A stretch of 24,364 bases of DNA, taken from positions 1 to 24,364 of the IMG/VR virus record IMGVR_UViG_3300032270_001559; one strand, written 5' to 3'. Positions within the stretch are counted from its first letter, which is position 1; each line of letters opens with the position of its first letter. Shown here in pieces: positions 10,380 through 17,925 of the stretch. This DNA comes from a virus. Its lineage: Duplodnaviria; Caudoviricetes. The notes under the pieces are model-generated. The model was not told the DNA's origin. It saw nothing but the letters and a program-made list of their open reading frames with translations, and did not search any database. A program made the position numbers and the translations under genes.

Positions 10380-10532
10380 TCATTTACCTTGACCACGGTA
10401 CGGCTTTCGGGCATTATTCCTACTTGTCGCCGCATATTTTGTGTTGTTGCCCTGTCCCTGCCGAGTGTTCTTAGGCTTCGGCTCCAGCCGCACCACACCA
10501 TTTGCTGTCTTCTTTGCTCCGAGTTTAGCCAT
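10380..10532 (-). CDS. Small basic cyanophage protein (50 aa, not in ORF track)
   Basis: Hand translation MAKLGAKKTANGVVRLEPKPKNTRQGQGNNTKYAATSRNNARKPYRGQGK; upstream -10 TATCAT (10564-10569) and palindrome 10599-10622. Confidence 0.75.
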   Translation of the reverse strand: MAKLGAKKTANGVVRLEPKPKNTRQGQGNNTKYAATSRNNARKPYRGQGK

Positions 10533-10595
10533 TTTTCATAAGCCTCAAATTGTTTACCTGTATATGATAGCAGAGAAAATAAGAAAGGAGGGGCA

Positions 10596-10751
10596 TCAGT
10601 GGACAGTTGATGAACTGTCCTCTCTTAGCTCAATGTCATCCTTATTCATCTTTCCATCATAAGACTTTTCTGCGAGATCTAATAAAACCTCAAGTAATTC
10701 TTCTTCGCTTAGATTCTTATGAATCATCTTGCCTTGATAGAATACATTCAT
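10596..10751 (-). CDS. Small hypothetical protein (51 aa, not in ORF track)
   Basis: MNVFYQGKMIHKNLSEEELLEVLLDLAEKSY...; start overlaps the HNH stop (TGATG). Confidence 0.65.
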   Translation of the reverse strand: MNVFYQGKMIHKNLSEEELLEVLLDLAEKSYDGKMNKDDIELREDSSSTVH

Positions 10752-11299
10752 CATAATTCAATTACTCTTATTATATCTTTATGTGATTTTCTTTTTCCTT
10801 TGGATATTGCAACTAATTTGGTTGCTTGATATCTATTATTTCTGGAAAACTCACTTATATTAGTGACAGCAATTACATCCCCAGTTTCATAAGTCAATTC
10901 ATATGTTTTTGGGGGAGTTCCCCATCTTCCCATAGTTTGGGCTTTTCTTACATTATCTCCTCTATTAATCCATTGTAAATTAGATATATTATTATTTAAT
11001 TTGTTTCCATCAATATGATCTACACATTCTAAATTATTTGGATTTGGTATTAAAGTTTCTGCTATTATGCGATGTAAATGAATAGTTTTTTTATTTTTTT
11101 GTCCACCAAGATCTACCCTTAAGTATCCATATTTAGTTTTATTTTGCTTTAGTTCTTTTCTTTTTCCTGGCATAATTACTCTGGGTCTAGCTTCACCTTT
11201 GGGGGTTCCTAACTGAAATCCCCAAGAAGTAAAAACTTTAATTTCTAATCCATTAATATAAAGATAATATCCAGGCCAATCTTTTATTTCGTATTCCAT
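10751..11299 (-). CDS. HNH homing endonuclease
   Basis: GYLRV...HRIIAETLIPNPNNLECVDHIDGNKLNNNISNLQW...DN. Confidence 0.9.
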   Translation of the reverse strand: MEYEIKDWPGYYLYINGLEIKVFTSWGFQLGTPKGEARPRVIMPGKRKELKQNKTKYGYLRVDLGGQKNKKTIHLHRIIAETLIPNPNNLECVDHIDGNKLNNNISNLQWINRGDNVRKAQTMGRWGTPPKTYELTYETGDVIAVTNISEFSRNNRYQATKLVAISKGKRKSHKDIIRVIEL

Positions 11300-11304
11300 T
11301 TATA

Positions 11305-12099
11305 TCAAATACATCTGACCTTCTCATGTCCCACACGAATTCGAGGGTCACACCAGACTTCAAATCCATTTGCCTTGGCATCTAGACAGAAAGATACATC
11401 TTCTCCGCACATATCCTGCACTGCACCGTTTTCGAATACTTGCAATTTAGGTGCAAACCATGGATAAGGTAATGATTCAAAAATACCTTTTCTGATCATG
11501 ACCCATCCGAATCCGACATAATCCAATTTGAATGGTTTCTTTCTTGCTGCCATGGAATCTACGGTTTCGTTTTTCATCATACCACCATTCTTACGAAACT
11601 CATCTTCATTCAACCAATGAGCAGCAGCAGCAGAATGTCCGTCCTCTGTGCAATACCAACCAGAAGAAACATGATTTACTTTTGTTTCATCAATTTCATT
11701 AGTCTCGGGACAAATTGCGTCTGCTGGAAATGCAAGATCACAGAGTTTCCAGAATGAATCAGAATCAAATACAATGTCACTATCGATCCATAGTTGCCAA
11801 TCATAATCAATCTGCCCATTCCATGGTTTCTGATTTGGACCATTCAGAACATTTGCACCCAATACTCTGCAGCGAGCAAAGTTTACCATGGATGAGTATT
11901 CTTGAAATAGATGAAATGCAGTTCCGTTATTTGCCAGATCAAAGCACAGTCTGATCATGGCCTTCATGAATACAAAGGAACATTGCCTACCTGGAATACA
12001 GATTGCAATGGTTTTTCCTCTCATTCTTTCTTTGATTTTATCAAAATCCCATTCCTGTTTTGGTTCTTCTTTTGTCTTTACTTGGAAGCCCTTCGCCAT
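11305..12099 (-). CDS. GT-A fold glycosyltransferase-like conserved cyanophage protein
   Basis: VNFAR, WIDSD (DxD), GFGWVMI, GEDVSFC, VGHEK motifs. Confidence 0.75.
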   Translation of the reverse strand: MAKGFQVKTKEEPKQEWDFDKIKERMRGKTIAICIPGRQCSFVFMKAMIRLCFDLANNGTAFHLFQEYSSMVNFARCRVLGANVLNGPNQKPWNGQIDYDWQLWIDSDIVFDSDSFWKLCDLAFPADAICPETNEIDETKVNHVSSGWYCTEDGHSAAAAHWLNEDEFRKNGGMMKNETVDSMAARKKPFKLDYVGFGWVMIRKGIFESLPYPWFAPKLQVFENGAVQDMCGEDVSFCLDAKANGFEVWCDPRIRVGHEKVRCI

Positions 12100-12100
12100 T

Positions 12101-12565
12101 TCAATTCTCCAATAAATGTTTATGAGTTTTGTTGTGTATTATATTGCAAATTGTAGATGTTGTTACATCATACTTATTAGCAAGATCAATTTTTTTGTAT
12201 TTGTTTGTACTATATAATTGTCTGATTTCAATTACTTCTTGGTCTTTTAATTTTGCTGCTCCATTATTTTCTCCTTTCTGATTTCCAGTATAGCATCTTC
12301 CCTTCATCACTTTATCTCTCACATTATCTAGATTAGTACCAGAAAATAAATGTAGAGGATTTACGCATTTCCTATTATCACATTTGTGAAGGCAATGTAA
12401 GTCTTTTAGTGGCTTCGCATAATAAATTTCATACATTATTCTATGTGATTTATATGCTTTTCTCTTATTGCAAAATACTCCATATCCATATGCATCAATT
12501 GTTCCTTTCCATTCCCAACATTCATTTTCATCAAGAATATCAGGCAAGTAATCATAAAATTTCAT
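12101..12565 (-). CDS. HNH endonuclease with C-terminal HTH
   Basis: CWEWKG...GYG...HR...LHKCDNRKCVNPLHLFSGTNLDNVRD; C-terminal LANKYDVTTSTICNI. Confidence 0.9.
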   Translation of the reverse strand: MKFYDYLPDILDENECWEWKGTIDAYGYGVFCNKRKAYKSHRIMYEIYYAKPLKDLHCLHKCDNRKCVNPLHLFSGTNLDNVRDKVMKGRCYTGNQKGENNGAAKLKDQEVIEIRQLYSTNKYKKIDLANKYDVTTSTICNIIHNKTHKHLLEN

Positions 12566-12574
12566 AAGTTAAAT

Positions 12575-12763
12575 TCAATGCTCGATACTATTTATGAGGT
12601 ATCTGCTGGGTGTCTCCAGCTCCTCATAATCAATGTCCTCTCGATTGAGTTCTGCAATCCAACAGAGTTTATCTAAGTAATTCCAGATAATATTGAATTG
12701 ATCTTCCGATAGACTATGATATTTGCACTCGTTTTTAATGTAGATGTGATATATCTTTTCCAT
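12575..12763 (-). CDS. Hypothetical protein
   Basis: 62-aa co-oriented ORF, loosely similar to 10596..10751 (Y..Y.K....H.LSE..). Confidence 0.65.
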   Translation of the reverse strand: MEKIYHIYIKNECKYHSLSEDQFNIIWNYLDKLCWIAELNREDIDYEELETPSRYLINSIEH

Positions 12764-13029
12764 GTCTCATTGATAATGTGATATATGCAGGTATTTATGG
12801 GTAAATTTTTTGGGGGATTTTTTTCAAAAAATATGGGGGGAAATTTTTTATGAGTGAGATATTATGAGGTCGATATTTACTTTTATAGCTTATATGGTAC
12901 CTTTTTTCTTTATACGCTAGGCGCCACGCCTAGATCGTTACATCGTCGAAACAACTGTTTTTTATACTGTTCTCACACACTGCTAAGTGTGAAGAATGGG
13001 GGGAGGACTTGCCTCCCCAAACTATACTG

Positions 13030-13230
13030 TCAGGCAAACTTGCTGACAAGATTGTCATAAATTACCTGACCATTCTCACTGAGAGAATTGTATCCCTTCC
13101 AAGCAGCGCCTGGCCTGAAGTAACTTCCAATGCGAGACATGCGCCCATACAACTCAGACCCCATTCCGCTGTGATGGTCGGCGCAGAAAGCGTAGTGTGC
13201 TGCCATAATGTCAAAACGATCAAACCACAT
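13030..13230 (-). CDS. Early hypothetical protein (66 aa)
   Basis: Start revised to ATG 13230, directly after the shared GTCGTCAGGGAATCGCTCCC leader. Confidence 0.75.
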   Translation of the reverse strand: MWFDRFDIMAAHYAFCADHHSGMGSELYGRMSRIGSYFRPGAAWKGYNSLSENGQVIYDNLVSKFA

Positions 13231-13256
13231 GGGAGCGATTCCCTGACGACTCACTA

Positions 13257-13298
13257 AAGGTAGACCGGATCGGCTCCTGATTCTGTATCGGTTGCTAC
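13257..13298 (-). promoter_or_regulatory. NtcA-type promoter
   Basis: GTATCGGTTGCTAC 13285-13298, 22 nt gap, -10 TACCTT 13257-13262. Confidence 0.7.
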
Positions 13299-13364
13299 CA
13301 AACTGGAATGTTAAGTGTTGTTACGCCAGCCGCAGCAGGCCCCACGGTCTGGTAGACTATGGGG

Positions 13365-13473
13365 ACAACAGAAGAAGAGGCTAAGAAGGCCGATGACGAC
13401 AAGTAAGCCACGCTGACCCTGCCATAAAATAATTGACTCATAAAGAATAAAGAAAGGAGGCAAGATGCCTCCT
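13365..13473 (+). ncRNA. Candidate structured sRNA copy 1
   Basis: TAGACT -10 (13353), 6 nt, ACAA; GA-GGCU AAGAA GGCC-GAU-GA; core; hairpin 13455-13473. Confidence 0.55.
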
Positions 13474-13480
13474 GTTTGTG

Positions 13481-13780
13481 TCAATCTACGATGTAACGTC
13501 CAACTACAATGTCGGTACAAGAATTGACGATCTTAATGATCATCGAACTCCACACCGTTTCCATCAGATAGCCTTGCCAACCCTTGGCAAGCAGCTCACC
13601 TTCCAACCGGCAGAATTGCGACATGCAATACCACTCTCCCTGGTATTGAAACACCATCTCAGTGGAATCATCGAAGTCGATTGAATCAAACTCCTTCCGG
13701 ATCTTGGCTTGAGTTTTAATGTCCAACTCGCAAAGTTGGAACATCGGGCGAGCTTGGAAGTTTGAGATGATGCGGGACAT
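13481..13780 (-). CDS. Early hypothetical protein (99 aa)
   Basis: Start revised to ATG 13780 after the shared leader; FQYQGEWY...WQGY. Confidence 0.75.
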   Translation of the reverse strand: MSRIISNFQARPMFQLCELDIKTQAKIRKEFDSIDFDDSTEMVFQYQGEWYCMSQFCRLEGELLAKGWQGYLMETVWSSMIIKIVNSCTDIVVGRYIVD

Positions 13781-13806
13781 GGGAGCGATTCCCTGACGAC
13801 CTTTGA

Positions 13807-13848
13807 ACAGTAGGAGAATCACTGTTTTGATTCTGTATCGGTTGCTAC
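13807..13848 (-). promoter_or_regulatory. NtcA-type promoter
   Basis: tGTATCGGTTGCTACa (core 13835-13848), 22 nt, -10 TACTGT 13807-13812. Confidence 0.72.
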
Positions 13849-13926
13849 AAAAACGGAAACCTGAAGAACTGTTACGATCCCGTGGCAGAATGACGGATCA
13901 GCCCCACAGCCTGGTAGACTATGGGG

Positions 13927-14039
13927 ACAAGGGAAAAAGAGGGTCCGAAGCCCAGTGACGAAAGTAAGCCACGCTTACCCTGCCATAAAATAAAAGTATA
14001 AAGAATAGAAAAAAAGAATGAACTTTTGGTTCATTCTTT
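13927..14039 (+). ncRNA. Candidate structured sRNA copy 2
   Basis: TAGACT 13915; stem GGGU CCGAA GCCC; perfect GUAAGC CAC GCUUAC. Confidence 0.55.
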
Positions 14040-14046
14040 ATACTTT

Positions 14047-14304
14047 TTATGATCCGATTCTACGCATCATCTGATCATAAACCCACATAATGAACTCCCC
14101 AAGATCTACATTGATCGGACCAAACTCTGGATCATACCAGTTAGAAATATCTCCATACTCTGCGATGAATTGTTCATTCAAACCTTTAATCTGGCAGTAT
14201 GTTTCCGCCAGGTAATAGGGAATTGCCTCGCAATCATCCTGAACCCTTGAGAGGAACTGGATCTGTGGAGACGTTACGATGGTTGCAAGGACAGCCAGAG
14301 ACAA
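14047..14304 (-). CDS. Early hypothetical protein
   Basis: TTG start placed exactly after the leader variant GTCGTTAGGGGTTCATCCC. Confidence 0.7.
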   Translation of the reverse strand: MSLAVLATIVTSPQIQFLSRVQDDCEAIPYYLAETYCQIKGLNEQFIAEYGDISNWYDPEFGPINVDLGEFIMWVYDQMMRRIGS

Positions 14305-14480
14305 GGGATGAACCCCTAACGACCTTCCTACAATACAGCATCGCCTGACCGACTGAAAGCCGATCCGGCGATTAAAACCGGAAGGAAAACGGAAGAAAAC
14401 GGGAATCCTGGTTTGTTAAGTTGTGTTACGGTCTGGCGCTGGGAGCCGGTGAGAGCCCCACAGCCTGGTAGACTTAGGAC

Positions 14481-14594
14481 ACAAAGGAAGACGAGGCTAA
14501 GAAGGCCGATGACGAACAGTAAGCCACGCTGACCCTGCCATAAAATAATAGTATAAAGAATAGAAAAAAAGAATGAACTTTTGGTTCATTCTTT
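14481..14594 (+). ncRNA. Candidate structured sRNA copy 3
   Basis: TAGACT 14469; GGCU AAGAA GGCC; core 14519. Confidence 0.55.
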
Positions 14595-14606
14595 ATACTT
14601 TATGAC

Positions 14607-15122
14607 TCAGATTCGAGTCAGATTGTGCCAATCTTGCGTAAGCACTTGCTCATCTCCAGGTATGCCAATCCACCAAACAAAGTTACGCTGAGTTACTTTG
14701 TTTCCAGTGAAATGTCTGGCGATTGCGTTCAGATACTTTTTCGTTGTATCTGACCGTTTGCTACTGCCATTGATCGACACTTGACGATCATAAACAACAG
14801 CAATACACTTGTCATAAAAATAGACAATCATCGCATCGTCTTTGTTGAGAATTTCCAGGTTTTTGTTTTTATAGTTTTTCTTCAGTTCAAGTGCAGTCAA
14901 AATAGATTGAACCACCTTTTGTTTGGACAATTCTTTATACGCTTGTTGCACAATCGCTTGCTGATAATTTCTATAAAAATCACAGAATTGTGGACGCCCA
15001 TTAGGATAAACGTATCCTGCACGAGTTACCATCTCAGAGCGTGAGAAACTGATGGAAGACTTGCTGACTTCATTATAGTGAGCAATCAGTTTTGATCCGG
15101 TAAGAGCGCTGAGAATGGACAT
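14607..15122 (-). CDS. Fusion: cyAbrB N-terminal-like domain plus domain paralogous to the 16149 ORF
   Basis: LTGxxL...SxSE...AGY...NG...FxDFY N-terminus; C-terminal TTKxxLNAI shared with 16149..16466. Confidence 0.7.
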   Translation of the reverse strand: MSILSALTGSKLIAHYNEVSKSSISFSRSEMVTRAGYVYPNGRPQFCDFYRNYQQAIVQQAYKELSKQKVVQSILTALELKKNYKNKNLEILNKDDAMIVYFYDKCIAVVYDRQVSINGSSKRSDTTKKYLNAIARHFTGNKVTQRNFVWWIGIPGDEQVLTQDWHNLTRI

Positions 15123-15147
15123 GGGAGGAATCCCTGACGACTTCTAA

Positions 15148-15189
15148 ACAGTAACCGAGACCGGTCTGGCAATCTGTATCGGTTGATAC
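15148..15189 (-). promoter_or_regulatory. NtcA-type promoter
   Basis: GTATCGGTTGATAC 15176-15189, 22 nt, -10 TACTGT 15148-15153. Confidence 0.72.
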
Positions 15190-15255
15190 CAAAACGGAAT
15201 GTTAAGTTTTGTTGCGGCAGCCGGAATCCGGCGCTGGCTCTGCTAGACTTAGGTC

Positions 15256-15369
15256 ACAAGCGAAGACGAGAGCACGAAGCTCGATGACGACAAGTAAGCC
15301 ACGCTGACCCTGCCATAAAATAATAGTATAAAGAATAGAAAAAAAGAATGAACTTTTGGTTCATTCTTT
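15256..15369 (+). ncRNA. Candidate structured sRNA copy 4
   Basis: TAGACT 15244; GAGC ACGAA GCUC; core 15294. Confidence 0.55.
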
Positions 15370-15375
15370 ATACGA

Positions 15376-15564
15376 TCAGATTGTAAAAAGCATCTTCATG
15401 CTCATCACATCTTGCTCCATCAATTTAAGATTTTGTTCGTTCCATTCCTCGTGATTGATGTCACCATTGGGATGATAAAGAACGACCATCCAATGATCGT
15501 AAAGTTTCGTATTAAGGTGAGCAAGGTTAAAGAATGCGTTGCTGATTGCTTCGTTGATGTTCAT
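15376..15564 (-). CDS. Hypothetical protein
   Basis: 62-aa ORF ending at the shared terminator. Confidence 0.6.
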   Translation of the reverse strand: MNINEAISNAFFNLAHLNTKLYDHWMVVLYHPNGDINHEEWNEQNLKLMEQDVMSMKMLFTI

Positions 15565-15621
15565 GATGAAGAAAGAATAAGTGAACAGAATGAGGGGAGG
15601 AATTGCCTCCCCATTGTTACA

Positions 15622-15885
15622 TCAGACAGGCTGACGCAAGTGAGAATAACCTGGGACTTCATACGCCCAGTTAAATGTAGGAATTGTCCGCAGAATACGC
15701 TTGTATTCTCTCACGGAAATACTGATTCTTTCTGCATTGTATGCAGAATCTCGCCAGATTCCAGGGACAGCGTGATGCCCACAATACCCTTCATCCCACT
15801 GGGCGATGTAGTCTTCATCTTTGAGAACGTAGACTCTTTGTGGGTTGCCATTGTTGTCATTCTCGGCGCAAAGATGGACGATCAT
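15622..15885 (-). CDS. Early hypothetical protein (87 aa)
   Basis: Start revised to ATG 15885 after the leader; NDxNGNPxRVYV...DEGY motif. Confidence 0.75.
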   Translation of the reverse strand: MIVHLCAENDNNGNPQRVYVLKDEDYIAQWDEGYCGHHAVPGIWRDSAYNAERISISVREYKRILRTIPTFNWAYEVPGYSHLRQPV

Positions 15886-15913
15886 GGTGGGAGCGATCCC
15901 TGACGACTTACTA

Positions 15914-15966
15914 ACAATACGGCATGGGGAGCAGCCTGTCAACCCCCATAAGGTATCGGTTGCTAC
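15914..15966 (-). promoter_or_regulatory. Sigma70 promoter with upstream NtcA box
   Basis: TTGACA (15937-15942)-17-TATTGT (15914-15919); GTATCGGTTGCTAC 15953-15966, 33 nt from the -10. Confidence 0.7.
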
Positions 15967-16033
15967 CAAAACGGAATGTTAAGTTTTGTTGCGGCAGCCA
16001 CGGTGATGGCGCTGGCTCTGCTAGACTTAGGAC

Positions 16034-16141
16034 ACAAGCGAAGACGAGAGCACGAAGCTCCATGACGAACAGTAAGCCACGCTAACCCTGCCATAAAATA
16101 CTAGACTGTAAAGTATAAAAAAAGGAGGCAATTTTGCCTCC
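16034..16141 (+). ncRNA. Candidate structured sRNA copy 5
   Basis: TAGACT 16022; core 16072. Confidence 0.55.
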
Positions 16142-16148
16142 AATTGAT

Positions 16149-16466
16149 TCAATTCAACCTCATTCCAGAAAAGAACGGAATGGTGCCGAATTGACTGGAA
16201 TTAAAATACCATTGTCCTTTCTTTTGGAATACACTTTCATCCCCAATTCCATGCTCGAAAAGTATAGCGTTCAGACGAGATTTGGTAGTGTTTGTTTGAT
16301 GGCCACCATCGAACAATTCAATCCAAGTTTCTCCAATTCTGGCAATCAAATTGCCATAAAGAAAGACATCAGAATGGTGCGTAAAACTGATAACTTCAGT
16401 GTTAGCAAGTTTCCAATCTTTATGATTGGTGATTGCATGGTTCATCTGGCGCTCGATCTTACGCAT
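16149..16466 (-). CDS. Conserved cyanophage early protein (MRKIERQM family, 105 aa)
   Basis: Start revised to ATG 16466 after the leader; VFLYGNLIA...GGHQTNTTKSRLNAIL...VFQK..QW. Confidence 0.8.
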   Translation of the reverse strand: MRKIERQMNHAITNHKDWKLANTEVISFTHHSDVFLYGNLIARIGETWIELFDGGHQTNTTKSRLNAILFEHGIGDESVFQKKGQWYFNSSQFGTIPFFSGMRLN

Positions 16467-16603
16467 GGGAGGAATCCCTGACGACTCCATCAGCATAAAC
16501 CCCAGAATCACCCCTGAGCTGCTGCCAGTGGACGATTTTTTATCTGTCCACTGAGCCCAGAATACGATGGTCCAATGGCCAAGGTCTGTGCTAGACTGAT
16601 GGC

Positions 16604-16709
16604 ACAAGGGAAGACGAGAGCACGAAGCTCCATGACGAACAGTAAGTCACGTTTACCCTGCCATAAAATAAAAGTATAAAGATTAAAAAAAAGGAGAGTT
16701 ATACTCTCC
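16604..16709 (+). ncRNA. Candidate structured sRNA copy 6
   Basis: TAGACT 16592; hairpin 2 variant GUAAGU CAC GUUUAC keeps pairing via G-U. Confidence 0.55.
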
Positions 16710-16718
16710 CAGAAAGTA

Positions 16719-17066
16719 TCAGATTGCCTTAAACCTCAGCTGATAAGTTGGCGCACCGTAGATAACCTGTCCGGTTTTCTCTTCGATGAGTTTTTGTGCG
16801 GCAACTTTTGCCTTCCACTCTTCCATCTTATCTGTCAGTTTTGCAACCTTGGCAGTGTAGGTTTTATCGCAGATCTCTGCGATGGTGACTGTACCGGAAG
16901 CGGTGAGAATCGTCTTCAGATCATCATTGTTTGCCGTGATAATCATGGCGCAATTTAGCAGCTCCTGGCGGCACTCTGCGATCTGAGCTTTAATCGCTTT
17001 CTCCTGCTGAAGGAGGGCCTTCAGGTTGGCTGCGGTCAGCTCGATCCGTTGGGAGTTGGTGGTCAT
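16719..17066 (-). CDS. Coiled-coil hypothetical protein (115 aa)
   Basis: Start revised to ATG 17066, downstream of -10 TACGAT and a GTCG leader. Confidence 0.75.
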   Translation of the reverse strand: MTTNSQRIELTAANLKALLQQEKAIKAQIAECRQELLNCAMIITANNDDLKTILTASGTVTIAEICDKTYTAKVAKLTDKMEEWKAKVAAQKLIEEKTGQVIYGAPTYQLRFKAI

Positions 17067-17227
17067 GGTCAGGGCTCCTGTCCCTTTCGACTCCATAATC
17101 GTAGCAGCACGGCAAGCCAGACCGACGGTCGAAAACGGAAGAAAACCTTAAGAAAACCAATGTTACGGATTGTTACGATTCAGCCTCGGAGCCTCGGATC
17201 AGCCCCACAGCCTGCTAGACTTAGGAC

Positions 17228-17340
17228 ACAAGCGAAGAAGAGAGCACGAAGCTCGATGACGATAAGTAAGCCACGCTAACCCTGCCATAAAATACTAGAC
17301 TATAAAAAATAAAAAAAGAGATTGTTATACACAACCTCTC
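17228..17340 (+). ncRNA. Candidate structured sRNA copy 7
   Basis: TAGACT 17216; core 17266. Confidence 0.55.
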
Positions 17341-17366
17341 TCACTAATTGTTATAAAGAATGAAGA

Positions 17367-17639
17367 TCAATCTTCAGTTTCTTTCTGATAGTGTTCAAGT
17401 GGAAATTCTTCATTCAATTCTTTATAGTCTGCCTGAAGCTGATAAGATACCTCATTCAGATTGCCTTTGTTGGCACACACCAATGCGTGGTAGTATTGAA
17501 AGCCTTGGATCCACTCAAAAAACTCCACATCGGTCATGGGAGTGTAATCTTCAGAGACACAATCCCACTCGGAAACTAGAGCGTATTCTCCAAGAGATAC
17601 AGCAGATTGAATGAAACGATCGCTGACGGAATCAGACAT
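17367..17639 (-). CDS. Hypothetical protein
   Basis: 90-aa acidic ORF ending near a terminator. Confidence 0.65.
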   Translation of the reverse strand: MSDSVSDRFIQSAVSLGEYALVSEWDCVSEDYTPMTDVEFFEWIQGFQYYHALVCANKGNLNEVSYQLQADYKELNEEFPLEHYQKETED

Positions 17640-17745
17640 GAGAAGAATAACGAAAGAACAAAGAATTAAACGTTAAATGAGAAAAATACGTTTTTCCTCA
17701 TTTTGACTTGCAAAGGGAGCCTAGGATACCATGGCTCCCACCAGC

Positions 17746-17925
17746 TCACCATTCCATGTCTTTTTTCTTCACTACACGATTGATTCTATACAGTTTATTC
17801 ATCAGCGGTTGAACTTGCCAAGATTCAACAACATAAACCTTGCCGTTTTGAAAGTCATTCCAGGCCCATAGATCATTTCCGGTTTCGATGTCGGAGCATT
17901 GAACGAAGGAGGATGGGAGAGACAT
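17746..17925 (-). CDS. Early hypothetical protein (59 aa, not in ORF track)
   Basis: MSLPSSFVQCSDIETGNDLWAWNDFQNGKVYVVESWQ...; follows the shared leader and -10 TATGCT; hairpin 17715-17739 downstream. Confidence 0.7.
   Translation of the reverse strand: MSLPSSFVQCSDIETGNDLWAWNDFQNGKVYVVESWQVQPLMNKLYRINRVVKKKDMEW

Noticed and set aside
13231-13254. Shared N-terminal peptide RQGIAPM/SSGIPPM in several ORF-track proteins
   Set aside because: It is the repeated 5' leader read in different frames; upstream starts lie at or before the predicted start sites.
13403-13430. Integron attC sites
   Set aside because: The AAC of GCTAAC is not conserved (GAC, TAC variants), there is no paired R''/R' architecture, and no integrase is in the window.
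15281-15300. Hammerhead core (GAUGA...GAA)
   Set aside because: No CUGANGA plus GAAA in the required order with three stems on either strand.
16030-16093. Twister ribozyme (GGACACAAGC and CUAACCCUGCC resemble twister words)
   Set aside because: No P2 partner for CCCU, no pseudoknot complementarity, and UAA varies to UGA/UUA.
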